Shown here: positions 1-17,351 of the stretch, piece after piece | Numbering within the stretch: position 1 is the stretch's first letter | Layout of the letters: each line of letters opens with the position of its first letter | Source: Longimicrobiales bacterium | GTDB lineage: Bacteria; Gemmatimonadota; Gemmatimonadetes; Longimicrobiales; Gaopeijiaceae | Length of the DNA stretch: 64,000 nucleotides | Direction: 5' to 3' | Assembly: GCA_965219445.1 (NCBI GenBank) | Contig: CBDCNQ010000004.1 | Coordinates: 672,001-736,000, forward strand | Notes under the pieces: generated by a model | Database searches by the model: none | The model's input: only the letters and a program-made list of their open reading frames with translations | Told to the model about the DNA's origin: nothing | Program-made: the position numbers and the translations under genes

Positions 1-5903
<5,903 letters not shown>

Positions 5904-6112
5904 GGGAGTTCCCCTTTGCCGGCCTGTGCCCCGATGGGGAGGCCGAACAAGCATGTGGTCGACGACGACAACGGGAACGGACCACGGTAAAACACGAAGG
6001 CGCCACCAGAAGCCCACACGACGTGAGACTGTGTCGGCGGCGTCGCGGTTTCGCGAGTCCGATCCGAGATCTCTCGGCCAAACCGAGAGTGCGAGTCACA
6101 GGGACTGGCCGG

Positions 6113-6490
6113 CTACTTCAGGGCTACCGTCGCGCCCTGCTCCTCCAGCTTGGCCTTTACCTGCTCGGCTTCCTCCTTGCCAACGGCCTCCTTGACTGCG
6201 CTCGGAGCACCGTCGACCAAGTCCTTGGCCTCCTTGAGACCCAGGCTCGTGACCTCTCGGACCACCTTGATCACCTGGATCTTCTTATCACCAACACCCT
6301 CGAGGATGACGTCGAACTCGTCTTGCTCTTCGGCGGCCTCTCCGCCAGGCACGGCGGCACCACCCGCCACCGCCACCGGCGCCGCAGCCGTCACGTTGAA
6401 CTTGTCTTTGAACGCGTCTACGAACTCAGACAGTTCGAGAACGGTCATGTTCCCAATGGTTTCGAGAAGCTCTTCTTGGTTGGTAGCCAT
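6113..6490 (-). CDS. rplL: 50S ribosomal protein L7/L12
   Basis: [34 protein letters not shown]; position in the rif cluster. Confidence 0.98.
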   Translation of the reverse strand: MATNQEELLETIGNMTVLELSEFVDAFKDKFNVTAAAPVAVAGGAAVPGGEAAEEQDEFDVILEGVGDKKIQVIKVVREVTSLGLKEAKDLVDGAPSAVKEAVGKEEAEQVKAKLEEQGATVALK

Positions 6491-6574
6491 GATGGTGGCT
6501 TCCTCCTGGGTTCACCCAGCATAGGGCCGGGGTTGGACTAAGGATTCCTAGTTCTCATACTCACGGTCAGGCGG

Positions 6575-7105
6575 CTACGCCCCTTCACCTTCCTTTTGCT
6601 CCCTCAATGCATCCAGAAGTCCCGACATTTCCTGCAGCTTGGCCTCGAGGGCACTGGCCAAAGCGGCCACCGGCGCCTCCAGCGCCCCAGCCAACTCCGC
6701 CAGGAGCTGCCCACGGGGCGGAAGCTTGGCAAGCCGCTCGATCTCGACGGCGGAGACGACCTTCTCGTCGAGAATGCCCAACTTGAAGACCGGTTTGTCG
6801 TCGTGTTCCTTCGCAAAATCTCTAACTGCCTTTGCGGGTTCGACAGTCCCCGAGTAACCCAGCACCACACCAGTGGGGCCCAGCAATGCGTCGGAGATGT
6901 CCGGTAGATCCAGGTCAGCGAGGGCAAGCTTGACCAGTCGATTCTTCACCACCAGGTACTCGGCCCCGGAGTCCTTGAGCCGTTGGCGGAGGATAGTCAT
7001 GGACTTTACGTCGAGACCGGAAAAGTCCGTCAGATATAGCACCGGAGCTTCTTGAAGCTTCTCGCGGAAGTCGCCTACGAAGGTCTGCTTTTCTGTGCGG
7101 TTCAT
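6575..7105 (-). CDS. rplJ: 50S ribosomal protein L10
   Basis: DFSGLDV...LR...YLVVKNRL...LAKLP; lies between rplA and rplL. Confidence 0.96.
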   Translation of the reverse strand: MNRTEKQTFVGDFREKLQEAPVLYLTDFSGLDVKSMTILRQRLKDSGAEYLVVKNRLVKLALADLDLPDISDALLGPTGVVLGYSGTVEPAKAVRDFAKEHDDKPVFKLGILDEKVVSAVEIERLAKLPPRGQLLAELAGALEAPVAALASALEAKLQEMSGLLDALREQKEGEGA

Positions 7106-7803
7106 TTAGCGACCCGGCGAAACAGATTCGGATCGATGGCCACCCCCGGTCCCATCGTGCTGGACACGGTGACGCTCTTGACATACGTGCCCTTGGCTGC
7201 CGAGGGCTTGGCCCGGACGATCGAATCCATGATCGCGCCCAGATTCTCGTCGAGCTGCTCCGGAGAAAAAGAGACGCGCCCAAACGGCACATGTACGTTC
7301 CCGGTCTTATCCACCCGGTATTCGATCTTTCCGGCCTTGATTTCGCTTACCGCACGACCGACATCGAACGTCACGGTTCCACCCTTCGGCGTCGGCATCA
7401 AGCCACGAGGCCCCAAGATCCGTCCGAGCGGCCCGACCTTTCCCATGAGGTCGGGAGTGGCCACGCACACGTCGAAGTCCATCCATCCTTCCTGGATCTT
7501 ATCCACGTACTCCGTGCCCACGTAGTCCGCCCCGGCCTCCGAAGCCTCGGTTTCTTTTTCGCCCTGGGCGATGACCAGCACCCGTATGGTTATGCCGGTG
7601 CCGTGAGGCAGCACGACGGTGCCCCTCACGATCTGATCGGCTTTACGGGGATCGACGTTCAGACAGGTGGCCACCTCCACCGTCTCGTCGAACTTAGCGG
7701 AAGCGAGGTCTTTGACCATTTGAACCGCCTCATCCGGCCTGAACTGTACGCCGGGCGGCACCTTGGCCTGGGCCTCACGGAATTTCTTGCCGTGTTTTGG
7801 CAT
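7102..7803 (-). CDS. rplA: 50S ribosomal protein L1
   Basis: [29 protein letters not shown]. Confidence 0.98.
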   Translation of the reverse strand: MPKHGKKFREAQAKVPPGVQFRPDEAVQMVKDLASAKFDETVEVATCLNVDPRKADQIVRGTVVLPHGTGITIRVLVIAQGEKETEASEAGADYVGTEYVDKIQEGWMDFDVCVATPDLMGKVGPLGRILGPRGLMPTPKGGTVTFDVGRAVSEIKAGKIEYRVDKTGNVHVPFGRVSFSPEQLDENLGAIMDSIVRAKPSAAKGTYVKSVTVSSTMGPGVAIDPNLFRRVAK

Positions 7804-7805
7804 AT

Positions 7806-8285
7806 CTACAACTGACTTGTTTCGTCCTGCTGGCTCTGTTCAAGTAGTTCTTCGGGTGTTGGCTCCCCGACCTGGATGCCCATCGACCGCGCGCTGCCAG
7901 ACAGCATGCGGACTGCGGCATCCATGTCGTTAGTGTTGAGATCCTCCATCTTGATCTGGGCGATCTCCTCGAGCTGCGTGCGGGTCACCCATCCAACCTT
8001 TTCGCGATTCGGCTCGCCGGACGCCTTCTGTACACCTGCGGCCTTCTTGATCAGGAACGACGCCGGTGGCGTCTTCGTGATGAACGAAAAGGAGCGATCC
8101 GCGTAGACCGTGATCTCCACCGGAATCGTGACCCCGGTCTGCTGCTGGGTCTTGGAGTTGAACTGCTTACAGAACTCCATGATGTTCACGCCCTGCTGAC
8201 CCAGTGCAGGGCCTACCGGTGGCGCCGGGTTTGCCTGCCCACCCGTAACATGAAGCTTGATAGAACCGATGACCTTCTTCGCCAT
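7806..8285 (-). CDS. rplK: 50S ribosomal protein L11
   Basis: [26 protein letters not shown]; short acidic C-terminal extension. Confidence 0.98.
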   Translation of the reverse strand: MAKKVIGSIKLHVTGGQANPAPPVGPALGQQGVNIMEFCKQFNSKTQQQTGVTIPVEITVYADRSFSFITKTPPASFLIKKAAGVQKASGEPNREKVGWVTRTQLEEIAQIKMEDLNTNDMDAAVRMLSGSARSMGIQVGEPTPEELLEQSQQDETSQL

Positions 8286-8315
8286 TCTCTATCCTGGAAC
8301 CTTGCCTAAAGGATC

Positions 8316-8870
8316 CTAAAATCCTTTCAGCTGCGTGTAATCCAATTCGACCGATGTGGGCCGACCGAAGAGCGACACCTCGACCTTTACCTTGCCCTTC
8401 TCGGGGTATACTTCCTTGATGGTCCCTGAAAAATCGCTGAAAGGACCCTGTATGACCTCCACCACTTGCCCGAGGTGGAACGGAATCTCTTCGTGAGTCT
8501 CGTCGTCGTCTTTCTCAACCTCGATTCCGAGAATCTTGTTGATCTCTTCCTCGTGCAGGGGCTGCGGAGCCTTCCCGCTGCCTACGAACTTAATCACACC
8601 TTGAATATTGTTGACCGTGTGCATGGTCCTTTCGTTCAGGTCCATGTTCACGAGTACGTACCCGGGATAAAGCCGCCGAGTCACGGTAACGCGCTTGCCA
8701 TTTCGAATCTCGACCACGTCTTGGGTCGGGACCACGACGTCGCGGATTTCCTTTTCGTCCCCAGAGCCCCCCTGTTCCTCGATACGCCGCTGAATCAGCT
8801 TCTGGACCTTGTTCTCGTGCCCGGAATAGGTCTGAATCACGTACCATGTGGACTCGGCCATTATTGTCAT
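8316..8870 (-). CDS. nusG: Transcription termination/antitermination factor NusG
   Basis: WYVIQTYSGHENKV, YPGYVLV, KOW domain GPFSDFSG...LFGRPTSVEL; alternative start at 8861. Confidence 0.97.
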   Translation of the reverse strand: MTIMAESTWYVIQTYSGHENKVQKLIQRRIEEQGGSGDEKEIRDVVVPTQDVVEIRNGKRVTVTRRLYPGYVLVNMDLNERTMHTVNNIQGVIKFVGSGKAPQPLHEEEINKILGIEVEKDDDETHEEIPFHLGQVVEVIQGPFSDFSGTIKEVYPEKGKVKVEVSLFGRPTSVELDYTQLKGF

Positions 8871-8883
8871 CGTACCTGCAGGC

Positions 8884-9096
8884 TCACGCGCCGAAGATTC
8901 CCATGATGAAGCCGATGACCGTCCGAGACGCCACGTCCATGATCCAAATGACCGCCGAAATCAGGATCACGAACGCGATTACGACCAACGTCGCGCTCTT
9001 GAGCTGCGCTTGATCCGGCCACGTCACCTTGGAGAGTTCTTCCCAGCACTCCTCGATGAAGTCGCGCGTTGCCGTGATCTTCGATCCGATCGCCAT
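8884..9096 (-). CDS. secE: Preprotein translocase subunit SecE
   Basis: ELSKVTWP motif plus one TM helix; upstream of nusG. Confidence 0.95.
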   Translation of the reverse strand: MAIGSKITATRDFIEECWEELSKVTWPDQAQLKSATLVVIAFVILISAVIWIMDVASRTVIGFIMGIFGA

Positions 9097-9107
9097 CCCC
9101 CGATCCG

Positions 9108-9260
9108 CTACTTGGTCTCTTTGTGCATCGTGTGACGCCTACAGCGACGGCAGTATTTCTTGTACTCGACCCGCTCCGGGTGCAGACGTTTGTTCTTCGT
9201 CTGGTTGTAGTTCCGCTCTTCGCACTCGGAGCAGCCCAGCGTAATCTTGTCGCGCGCCAT
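9108..9260 (-). CDS. rpmG: 50S ribosomal protein L33 (Zn-binding type)
   Basis: Manual translation: [50 protein letters not shown]; too short for the ORF track. Confidence 0.95.
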   Translation of the reverse strand: MARDKITLGCSECEERNYNQTKNKRLHPERVEYKKYCRRCRRHTMHKETK

Positions 9261-9455
9261 ATCTTCCCCTCATTGCGGGCCGCGTGGGCACCGCGTGCAT
9301 CTTGCTAAGGCCCGCGATGGGCCTCGCGGGGCCAAACTGCGCCCCGTTCTTCGTATCATCTGCGCTTGACGGGCTGCTTTTGCCCGTCGGTACTGCTTCG
9401 TGCCGCCGCCCGCGCGCCCAACAGGGCGTCGCGACGGAGCCCCAACTATATGCAA

Positions 9456-9526
9456 GGATTCAGTTTTTTCTCTCTCTCCTTCGCTACTCTTCGCGACGCT
9501 GCGGGAGAGAGAGAAAAGCTGAATCC
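9456..9526 (-). terminator. Long inverted repeat immediately after the tuf stop
   Basis: GGATTCAGTTTTTTCTCTCTCTCC ... GGAGAGAGAGAAAAGCTGAATCC arms. Confidence 0.55.
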
Positions 9527-9529
9527 GCC

Positions 9530-10720
<1,191 letters not shown>

Positions 10721-10782
10721 CGCTCATCCCTCACCGTGTTGGAAATCGCCTCCTCGTCGCCGATCCCCCTACTTCTTCTCAG

Positions 10783-10854
10783 AGCTCCGACCGGGACTTG
10801 AACCCGGGACCTCCTCCTTACCAAGGAGGCGCTCTACCACTGAGCTATCGGAGC
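10783..10854 (-). tRNA. tRNA-Thr(GGT)
   Basis: Reverse complement GCTCCGATAGCTCAGTGGTAGAGCGCCTCCTTGGTAAGGAGGAGGTCCCGGGTTCAAGTCCCGGTCGGAGCT folds as a cloverleaf; CCA not encoded. Confidence 0.95.
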
Positions 10855-10896
10855 GCCGCCTTGAAGGCTGCACCCCTTCAGCAGCCTTCTTACTAG

Positions 10897-10970
10897 AGCG
10901 GGAGACGGGACTCGAACCCGCGACCCTCAGCTTGGAAGGCTGATGCTCTAGCCAACTGAGCTACTCCCGC
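10897..10970 (-). tRNA. tRNA-Gly(TCC)
   Basis: GCGGGAGTAGCTCAGTTGGCTAGAGCATCAGCCTTCCAAGCTGAGGGTCGCGGGTTCGAGTCCCGTCTCCCGCT. Confidence 0.95.
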
Positions 10971-10989
10971 AAAGCCTTTGTTATTCCAA

Positions 10990-11071
10990 TGGTGGGGGTA
11001 GGATTCGAACCTACGAAGGCTAAGCCAGCAGATTTACAGTCTGCCCCGTTTGACCGCTTCGGTACCCCACC
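10990..11071 (-). tRNA. tRNA-Tyr(GTA)
   Basis: GGTGGGGTACCGAAGCGGTCAAACGGGGCAGACTGTAAATCTGC...GGTTCGAATCCTACCCCCACCA, with a long variable arm. Confidence 0.95.
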
Positions 11072-11164
11072 GGCTATCGATCCGGGGTATCTCAACCCCG
11101 TATCCCACCCTCCCCGGAACAAAGTAAGCCGCCCGTTGGGCGGCCCTTTCCAAGTAAGCGTAAT

Positions 11165-11193
11165 AAGTTAACCGGTGCCCAAAGCCTCATCAA
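11165..11193 (-). promoter_or_regulatory. Candidate sigma70 promoter for the tRNA-tuf operon
   Basis: Minus strand TTGATG-17 bp-TAACTT in an AT-richer intergenic stretch. Confidence 0.4.
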
Positions 11194-11212
11194 GTCCTGA
11201 GTTGAAGCGTTT

Positions 11213-13276
11213 TTAGGGCGCGCGGGGGGCCGATGAACTGCCCTCCAGCGACGGACCAAAATTGCGGTCCAGGAGAGGCTGGAGATCCGGATCCCGTCCC
11301 ATGAATTCGCGAAAAAGATCCTCGGGTTCATCGCTGTCGCCCCTCGTGAGAATCGCACGGAGATAGGCCTCTCCTACTTCGCGGTTGAAGATCCCTTCGA
11401 GGCGAAACCGTCCAAAAGCATCAGCATCGAGTACTTCGGACCACAGATACGAGTAGTAGGCAGCCGCATATGCCCCGGAAAATAGATGCGTAAACGACGT
11501 TGCGGAGTGCATGCGGGCGAACCCGGAGGACGGCGCATACTCCTTCAACAGCCCCTCGATGTAGGACATCAGATCATCGGTCACTTCATCGGGATGATCA
11601 CGGTGGAGCCGCAGATCGAGGTGCCCTAGCGAGAGCTGCCGCATTTGCTTCCAACCGCCCAGGAACGTGCGAGCGCTCCGGAGCTTCTCATAGAGGTCTT
11701 TGGGCAACGGCTCACCGGTCTCATGGTGCCCGGAAAAGAGGGATAAGGCCTCTTCTTCCCAGGTCCAATTTTGCATGATCTGTGAGGGAAGTTCGACGAA
11801 ATCCCAGGCGACGTTGATCCCTGCCATCGGAGCGATCGGGACAGTGGAAGTGAGGTGATGAAGGAGATGTCCGAACTCGTGGAAGACGGTCTCCACTTCT
11901 CTGTGCGTCAGGAGGGACGGGACGTCCCCTTTGGGCGGCGACAAGTTTCCCGCGATGATCCCGACGTGTGGCTCGAACCCTCCGTTACGGGGTCCTCGTG
12001 TCCTCAGATCGTTCATCCAGGCGCCTTGCCTCTTGTCGGATCGAGGATGCCAGTCGGCGTAGAAGAACCCTAGCAACGTGCCATCGTGCTCACGAACCAG
12101 ATCATAGTAATGAACGTCCGGATGCCAGACCTCGGCGATCTTCTGCTCCCGCACGACAAGGCCAAATACTTTGTGCACCACCTCGAACATTCCGTCTAAA
12201 ACCCGATCGAGCGGGAAGTATGGGCGAACGGCTTCGTCGTCGATGTCGAACCTCGCCCGGCGGAGACTTTCACCTACGTAGGCTGCGTCCCATGGCTCCA
12301 GCTCAGACAGGCCCAGCGCAGAAGCGTGTTCCCTTAAATCGGCCAGGTCGCGTTCCCAGTACGGACGCGTCCTCTGTGTCATATCCCCCACAAAGCCGAA
12401 AGCCCGCTCACCCGTCTTAGCCATATGATCTTCGAGGCGGTAGTCTACGAAGTCGGAGTAGCCGAGTACCTCAGCCAACTCCCTCCGAAGACGCAGCAGC
12501 CGGGCCATGATCTCGCCGTTGGCGAACTCACCCTCCGCCCCACGTCGGACAAAGGCGGTATAGATTTCCCGGCGAAGCTCACGATCGTGGGCGTGTTTGA
12601 TGATCGCCTCGACGGAGGGGTAGTCGAGGGTGAGGAGCCAGCCTTCCAATCCCTGCTCGGCCCCTTTGCGCCTCGCTTCCTCCCGGTCCGCTTCCGGAAC
12701 GCCCTCGAGACGGCTCCCGTCCTCGATCAGAAGAGAAAAGGCCTTGGTGGCGTCGATCACATTCTCGGAAAACTTGTGCTCGAGGCGAGAGATTTCGAGC
12801 CGGATGGCACTCAGCTTTTCCTTGTCCGCAGTCGAGAGGTCGGCTCCCGCCCGACGGAAATCCCGGAGGATCGTGTCCAGATGCCGTCTCTCGATCGGGG
12901 GCAAGGCATCGGCCTCATCGGTATCGGCAAGCGCCCTGATTCGAGTCCACAGCCCCTCATTCAATGTGACCCAAGTCCAAAATTCCGTGATCTCAGGCAG
13001 GACCTCGTTGAACGCCTTCCGCAGCTCCGGTGTCTCCGCCACCGACAACAGGTGCGTCACCGGGGCGGTGCGCTCCTTCACGCACTCCAGCGCAGCGTCG
13101 AGCCGCCCGATCGTATCGTCATAAGTGGGCACCGACTCGACGGACAAGAGGTCCCCAATCTCCGATCGCCCGTCTTCCAGAATCTGCCGCACCGCAATGA
13201 CGACGTGGGCGGCCTCGATTTCACCGAAGGGGATACGATCGTAATCGCGAAGCAGGGGATTGGGGGTCGAGGGCAT
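11213..13276 (-). CDS. prlC: Oligopeptidase A, M3 family metallopeptidase
   Basis: FHEFGHLLH Zn motif, WDFVELPSQIMQNW, YYSYLWSEVL. Confidence 0.9.
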   Translation of the reverse strand: MPSTPNPLLRDYDRIPFGEIEAAHVVIAVRQILEDGRSEIGDLLSVESVPTYDDTIGRLDAALECVKERTAPVTHLLSVAETPELRKAFNEVLPEITEFWTWVTLNEGLWTRIRALADTDEADALPPIERRHLDTILRDFRRAGADLSTADKEKLSAIRLEISRLEHKFSENVIDATKAFSLLIEDGSRLEGVPEADREEARRKGAEQGLEGWLLTLDYPSVEAIIKHAHDRELRREIYTAFVRRGAEGEFANGEIMARLLRLRRELAEVLGYSDFVDYRLEDHMAKTGERAFGFVGDMTQRTRPYWERDLADLREHASALGLSELEPWDAAYVGESLRRARFDIDDEAVRPYFPLDRVLDGMFEVVHKVFGLVVREQKIAEVWHPDVHYYDLVREHDGTLLGFFYADWHPRSDKRQGAWMNDLRTRGPRNGGFEPHVGIIAGNLSPPKGDVPSLLTHREVETVFHEFGHLLHHLTSTVPIAPMAGINVAWDFVELPSQIMQNWTWEEEALSLFSGHHETGEPLPKDLYEKLRSARTFLGGWKQMRQLSLGHLDLRLHRDHPDEVTDDLMSYIEGLLKEYAPSSGFARMHSATSFTHLFSGAYAAAYYSYLWSEVLDADAFGRFRLEGIFNREVGEAYLRAILTRGDSDEPEDLFREFMGRDPDLQPLLDRNFGPSLEGSSSAPRAP

Positions 13277-13464
13277 GCGGGGCAGGTGGCATATGAGTAT
13301 GAACCGGACCGCTTCTTATATGCGAGCGGAAAGATAGCGCGTTTCCTCGCCGCTGGCGATTGCCGGACAACGGTCAAAGGGTAGCAGCCGCCCCGCCCAC
13401 GGCTTGCCCCGGGCACCTGCGATCGGCATAGTGGGGGCCATTGCATCCACCCCCGGAGGCAGTC

Positions 13465-14157
13465 TTGACCGAGCCGTACGACCGTCGTGCTTTTCTCCGC
13501 CACCTGGCCGGGGTCGGCCTCGCAACGCCGGCCATCTCCATGGTCGGGTGTAACCTCGAGGAGATCCGGCGTGAAGACGAAGAGGCCCCGGCGTCCGGCC
13601 TAGCCGTCACACGGCCCGTTTTGCTCCCCTGGGCTGAAGATGACGTGCGTATCGCGGCGCCTCTCTCGGCTTCGCCGGTCGCCTATGTCTCCAGGGCATT
13701 GCGGAGGGTCTTCATCGAGTTGGATTCTCGAATCGAGATCCAGGTGATGCTTGCAGCTCACATATCGGTCAGCTCCGGCTTGTGGAGGATTCCCCTTCCG
13801 GGTGATGATCTGGGGATCCCAATCGACGCTGGAGATGAACTCCGGGAGTTCGAGGAGACCCCCGTCGGTGAGTGGAACCCGACCCTGGATCCCACTGAGG
13901 GAGACTTCCGGCTTCGACGCGGGCGGCGCGAAACAGTCGGGGTCGCCTTCGACTGCGTACCCATGGCAGCCAGAGAGGGGTTGTTCAGCGCCGGACCCTG
14001 GGAGATCGCGCAGTGCGTGGAGCCGTGGCCGGGCCTATGCCGAGAGGATTTCATGGAGATCGGTACCGGGTCCCACTATTCACGCAGGGACATCGGAACC
14101 TGCACCGAACCGGTGGGGAGCGTGCGTTATGTGACGTGGGCGTGCCCGGACCGGTAA
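13465..14157 (+). CDS. Hypothetical Tat-exported lipoprotein with Cys-rich C-terminus
   Basis: GGAGG then TTG at 13465; DRRAFL twin-arginine motif, hydrophobic stretch, MVGC lipobox-like. Confidence 0.6.
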   Translation: MTEPYDRRAFLRHLAGVGLATPAISMVGCNLEEIRREDEEAPASGLAVTRPVLLPWAEDDVRIAAPLSASPVAYVSRALRRVFIELDSRIEIQVMLAAHISVSSGLWRIPLPGDDLGIPIDAGDELREFEETPVGEWNPTLDPTEGDFRLRRGRRETVGVAFDCVPMAAREGLFSAGPWEIAQCVEPWPGLCREDFMEIGTGSHYSRRDIGTCTEPVGSVRYVTWACPDR

Positions 14158-14213
14158 TTCCGTACTATCCTCCGCCGCCGTTCGGTCACTGCCGTACACT
14201 GCAACCGCCCCCT

Positions 14214-15347
14214 CTACAGCCCCTCTACCCGCTGAAAAATGTGGACGTGACGGTCCTCGAGATGTTTCAGCACCGCGTCGAAGCAGTCGGCGTTCCGCCC
14301 CACGACCTCGGGCGGCGCCACGCCCGGCTCGTTCCAGAGCCCCCGGGCGAGCAGGTTCACCATCGCCGTGCAGGTGTAGCCGGTGGTGCGGGCCATCGAC
14401 GAGGTCTCGGTGTCGGGGTTGTAGTAGTCGAGCAGGTTGTAGGTGTGGCGGACGGATCCTCCGTTTTGCTGGCCCTCGACGACAATGCGCATGACCGTCA
14501 GGTCCGGCTCGCCCTCGTCGAATTGCCACGCGCTGAAGAGGAGCGCCTCGGTCACGTCCCGGGGGCGGACGACGCCGGAGGCCGCTTGGACCTCCTGGGT
14601 GGAGAAGAAACCTGCTTCCCGCAGGATTCGCATGCGCACTGCGTGACCAGGATAGCGCATGGTCTTTTCGATCATGTCCGGAGCCTTGCAGGTACGAAGC
14701 AGGGAGCGGAGGCCATCCGTGTTGAAAGCCTCCAGTGAGCCGAGCCCCGGGAAGTCCACCAACTCGACTTCGGAGAGCGCCGGCATCGTGATCTCCACTC
14801 CCTCCCGGCGCAGGCGGGCGGGCCGCACATATTCCTCGATCACATCACCCGGCGAAAAGGGCGCCTTGTACTCCCACGGCCATGTCCGCTCGACCGGAAG
14901 GCCACCGACGAGGCAATGGAAGGAGGACGTCTCGTCCAGGTGCTCCTCCATACGCCCGAGGATGAGGTTACTCAGGCCGGGAGCGATTCCGCAGTCGACG
15001 AGGCAGCACACGCCGGCCTCCCTCGCCAGCCGGTCGAGTCCGAACGCATCCTCGGGGAAGAACGAGATGTCGACGATCGGGATTCCTTCATGTAGCACGC
15101 GCTCAACGGTCCGATACCCCATGAATCCGGGCACCGCACCGACGACGAGGTCGGCGTCGGCAACCGCCTTGGACACGTTGCTGAGCTCCGAGAGGTCCGC
15201 GACCATTCCGTCCGCACCGCACTCCGTCATCCGCTCTACCCGCACGGGATCGAGGTCGACCCCACGTACGGAAAAGCCGTCTTCGGCGGTGAGGTCGCGC
15301 ACGATCGCACTCCCGACGCGGCCTCCGCCTAACACCACTATTTTCAG
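14214..15347 (-). CDS. Saccharopine dehydrogenase / lysine 6-dehydrogenase family oxidoreductase
   Basis: Rossmann KIVVLGGGRVG, DCGIAPGLSN, VGGLP, KTMRYPGH; likely start is CTG at 15347. Confidence 0.85.
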   Translation of the reverse strand: MKIVVLGGGRVGSAIVRDLTAEDGFSVRGVDLDPVRVERMTECGADGMVADLSELSNVSKAVADADLVVGAVPGFMGYRTVERVLHEGIPIVDISFFPEDAFGLDRLAREAGVCCLVDCGIAPGLSNLILGRMEEHLDETSSFHCLVGGLPVERTWPWEYKAPFSPGDVIEEYVRPARLRREGVEITMPALSEVELVDFPGLGSLEAFNTDGLRSLLRTCKAPDMIEKTMRYPGHAVRMRILREAGFFSTQEVQAASGVVRPRDVTEALLFSAWQFDEGEPDLTVMRIVVEGQQNGGSVRHTYNLLDYYNPDTETSSMARTTGYTCTAMVNLLARGLWNEPGVAPPEVVGRNADCFDAVLKHLEDRHVHIFQRVEGL

Positions 15348-15377
15348 GATGATTCCTCTATTTTCAGGATGATTCCT
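15338..15377. repeat. Perfect 20-bp tandem duplication CTATTTTCAGGATGATTCCT x2
   Basis: Read directly: 15338-15357 and 15358-15377. Confidence 0.95.
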
Positions 15378-15634
15378 CCAATCTGATGTCTTCCGAACGT
15401 CTCCATGGCTTCGGAACGTCTCCAAATCAGGCCAGAATGGTCCACCCGTGCAAGGGGGCAGCAGGAGAGAGGAACGCCGCCGCCACAACGGCCTCCTCAA
15501 GGGTTTGGCCGTCTTTCAAGCACCCGAGTGATGAATGCTTTGCATCATTCGAAGGCAGGGGGCTATGCTTTCATGTAGAAAACGTGCACCCCGTGGTGGG
15601 AGCGAAGTCGGAATTCTAGGAGGCACAGCCCGGT

Positions 15635-16780
15635 ATGGCTGAGGAAGAACAGAAAGCACATCTAAGGGGCACGATGCGGGACGAGTACCTCAAGCTCCTC
15701 TTCGCGCAGGCGCCCCTGTCTATCATCCTCAGTCCGATAATCGCCGCGGCCCTTGCCTTGGCGATCCTGGAGGTCGTAGACGGGCGCTTCCTGTTCGCTT
15801 GGGTCGGAGTCATCACGTCGGCAGCCTTCATTCGGATGGGCCTGGTCGTCGCGTTCAGAACACAGCAGAACACTCTCGACCTTAAGACCTGGGAGGATCT
15901 CTTCACCGCCAGCATCGTTATGGTCGGACTGTGCTGGGGCGTAGGCGGATGGCTCCTACTACCGGAGGAACTCGCCTTCCGGGCGGTAGTCTTCTTTTTT
16001 CTGATCGGAATGGCGAGCGCGGCCGTGGCCGTCTATGCGATTCATTGGGTGGGAGCCATCCTCACCATACTGGCGCTCGTGCTTCCGATCACATTGGAGT
16101 TTCTGCTCCAAGACACCGTGCCGGAACGACTGATGGGCCTCGCGGCAGTGCTCTACGTGGTCGCCGCCTATCGTTCGTTGAGGATCACGGACCATTTTGT
16201 CCAGAGCTTCCACTCCTTGTCGTTCGAGCTGCGGAAGGCCAAGGAACAGGCCGAGACGCTTGCCCGCACCGACTTCCTGACTGGTATGAACAACCGCCGC
16301 TCCTTCTATGACCTGTGCGAGACCCAGTTCAGGCTCGCACGAAGGCACGGACAAGATTTGGCCGTCATCCTCTTCGATATCGACCAGTTCAAGACGATCA
16401 ACGATGCCCACGGTCATGCGGTCGGGGACGAAGTGCTCAAGAACCTGTCTCGGATCGTGGCCGAAACATGTAGGGAGTCGGATGTCGCGGGACGCGTAGG
16501 CGGAGAAGAGTTCGCCATTCTCGTGCCACAGACGAAGGCGGAGAACGCTCATGAACTCGCGGAGCGCCTACGTGAACAGATGGAGCGGTCCGTTCTCCAT
16601 CTCGACCGCGAGGAAGTCAAATTCACCGCGAGCTTCGGGGTCGCTCAAATATTTCCAGCTTGCGAGTCCCTCGAGGCCCTCGTTGCGGCCGCGGACGGCG
16701 CCATGTACGAGGCCAAACAGAGAGGAAAGAACTTTGTCTTCTCCGCCGCGACGCCCGCGCCGGAAGACGCCTCTTTCTGA
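15635..16780 (+). CDS. Membrane-bound diguanylate cyclase (GGDEF)
   Basis: About 6 TM helices, then TDFLTGMNNRR, DIDQFKTINDAHGHAVGD, RESD I-site, GGEEF. Confidence 0.93.
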   Translation: MAEEEQKAHLRGTMRDEYLKLLFAQAPLSIILSPIIAAALALAILEVVDGRFLFAWVGVITSAAFIRMGLVVAFRTQQNTLDLKTWEDLFTASIVMVGLCWGVGGWLLLPEELAFRAVVFFFLIGMASAAVAVYAIHWVGAILTILALVLPITLEFLLQDTVPERLMGLAAVLYVVAAYRSLRITDHFVQSFHSLSFELRKAKEQAETLARTDFLTGMNNRRSFYDLCETQFRLARRHGQDLAVILFDIDQFKTINDAHGHAVGDEVLKNLSRIVAETCRESDVAGRVGGEEFAILVPQTKAENAHELAERLREQMERSVLHLDREEVKFTASFGVAQIFPACESLEALVAAADGAMYEAKQRGKNFVFSAATPAPEDASF

Positions 16781-16947
16781 CCTAGTGAGGGGTGGCGGAC
16801 TGAAGCTTCTTTCGGTTCATGAAGTTCGCCGACGGCATCCGGCCGCTTTGCGCAGGCAAAGTCGCCGACGTATCATCCCTTCCCCTTGTTTGTTCTTGCT
16901 CGGCTTCCTAGGCTAACCCCATAGGATGGGCCAAGGATGGTGATATA

Positions 16948-17304
16948 GTGGCACGTGTACTCATCGTCGAAGATGAACCGACGGATCTGGCCATCACGAA
17001 AGGTATCGTGGAGCTACTGGGTCACGAGGTCCATCTCGCCTCGGATGGCGAGGAAGCCTTCAAGAAGTACCTGAGGAATGACATCGAGATCGTGGTCACC
17101 GATATTGGGATGCCTCGCGTGGACGGATTGGAGTTCATCGAGTCGTTGCTGGGGTTGTACCCTGATGCGGTAATCATCGCTGTATCCGGTGAAGGCCCGG
17201 ACCGGCTCCACGCTGCGAGGCGCGCGGGTGCCGCCGCGCTCATCAGCAAGCCCGTCGGCCCCGAGGAGCTGGGCAAGGCCTTCACAGCGGCAGGCCTCAG
17301 CTGA
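16948..17304 (+). CDS. Single-domain response regulator (CheY-like)
   Basis: VLIVEDE, VVTDIGMPRVDG, ISKPV. Confidence 0.9.
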   Translation: MARVLIVEDEPTDLAITKGIVELLGHEVHLASDGEEAFKKYLRNDIEIVVTDIGMPRVDGLEFIESLLGLYPDAVIIAVSGEGPDRLHAARRAGAAALISKPVGPEELGKAFTAAGLS

Positions 17305-17351
17305 GTCGCGGTGGCCATGCCAGCCTACCCACATCCGAAGGGAGGAAAGGG

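Noticed and set aside
16800..16870. GCAAA-containing stems after the GGDEF gene resembling a c-di-GMP-I riboswitch
   Set aside because: P1/P2 architecture and the tetraloop could not be built; an Infernal scan would settle it
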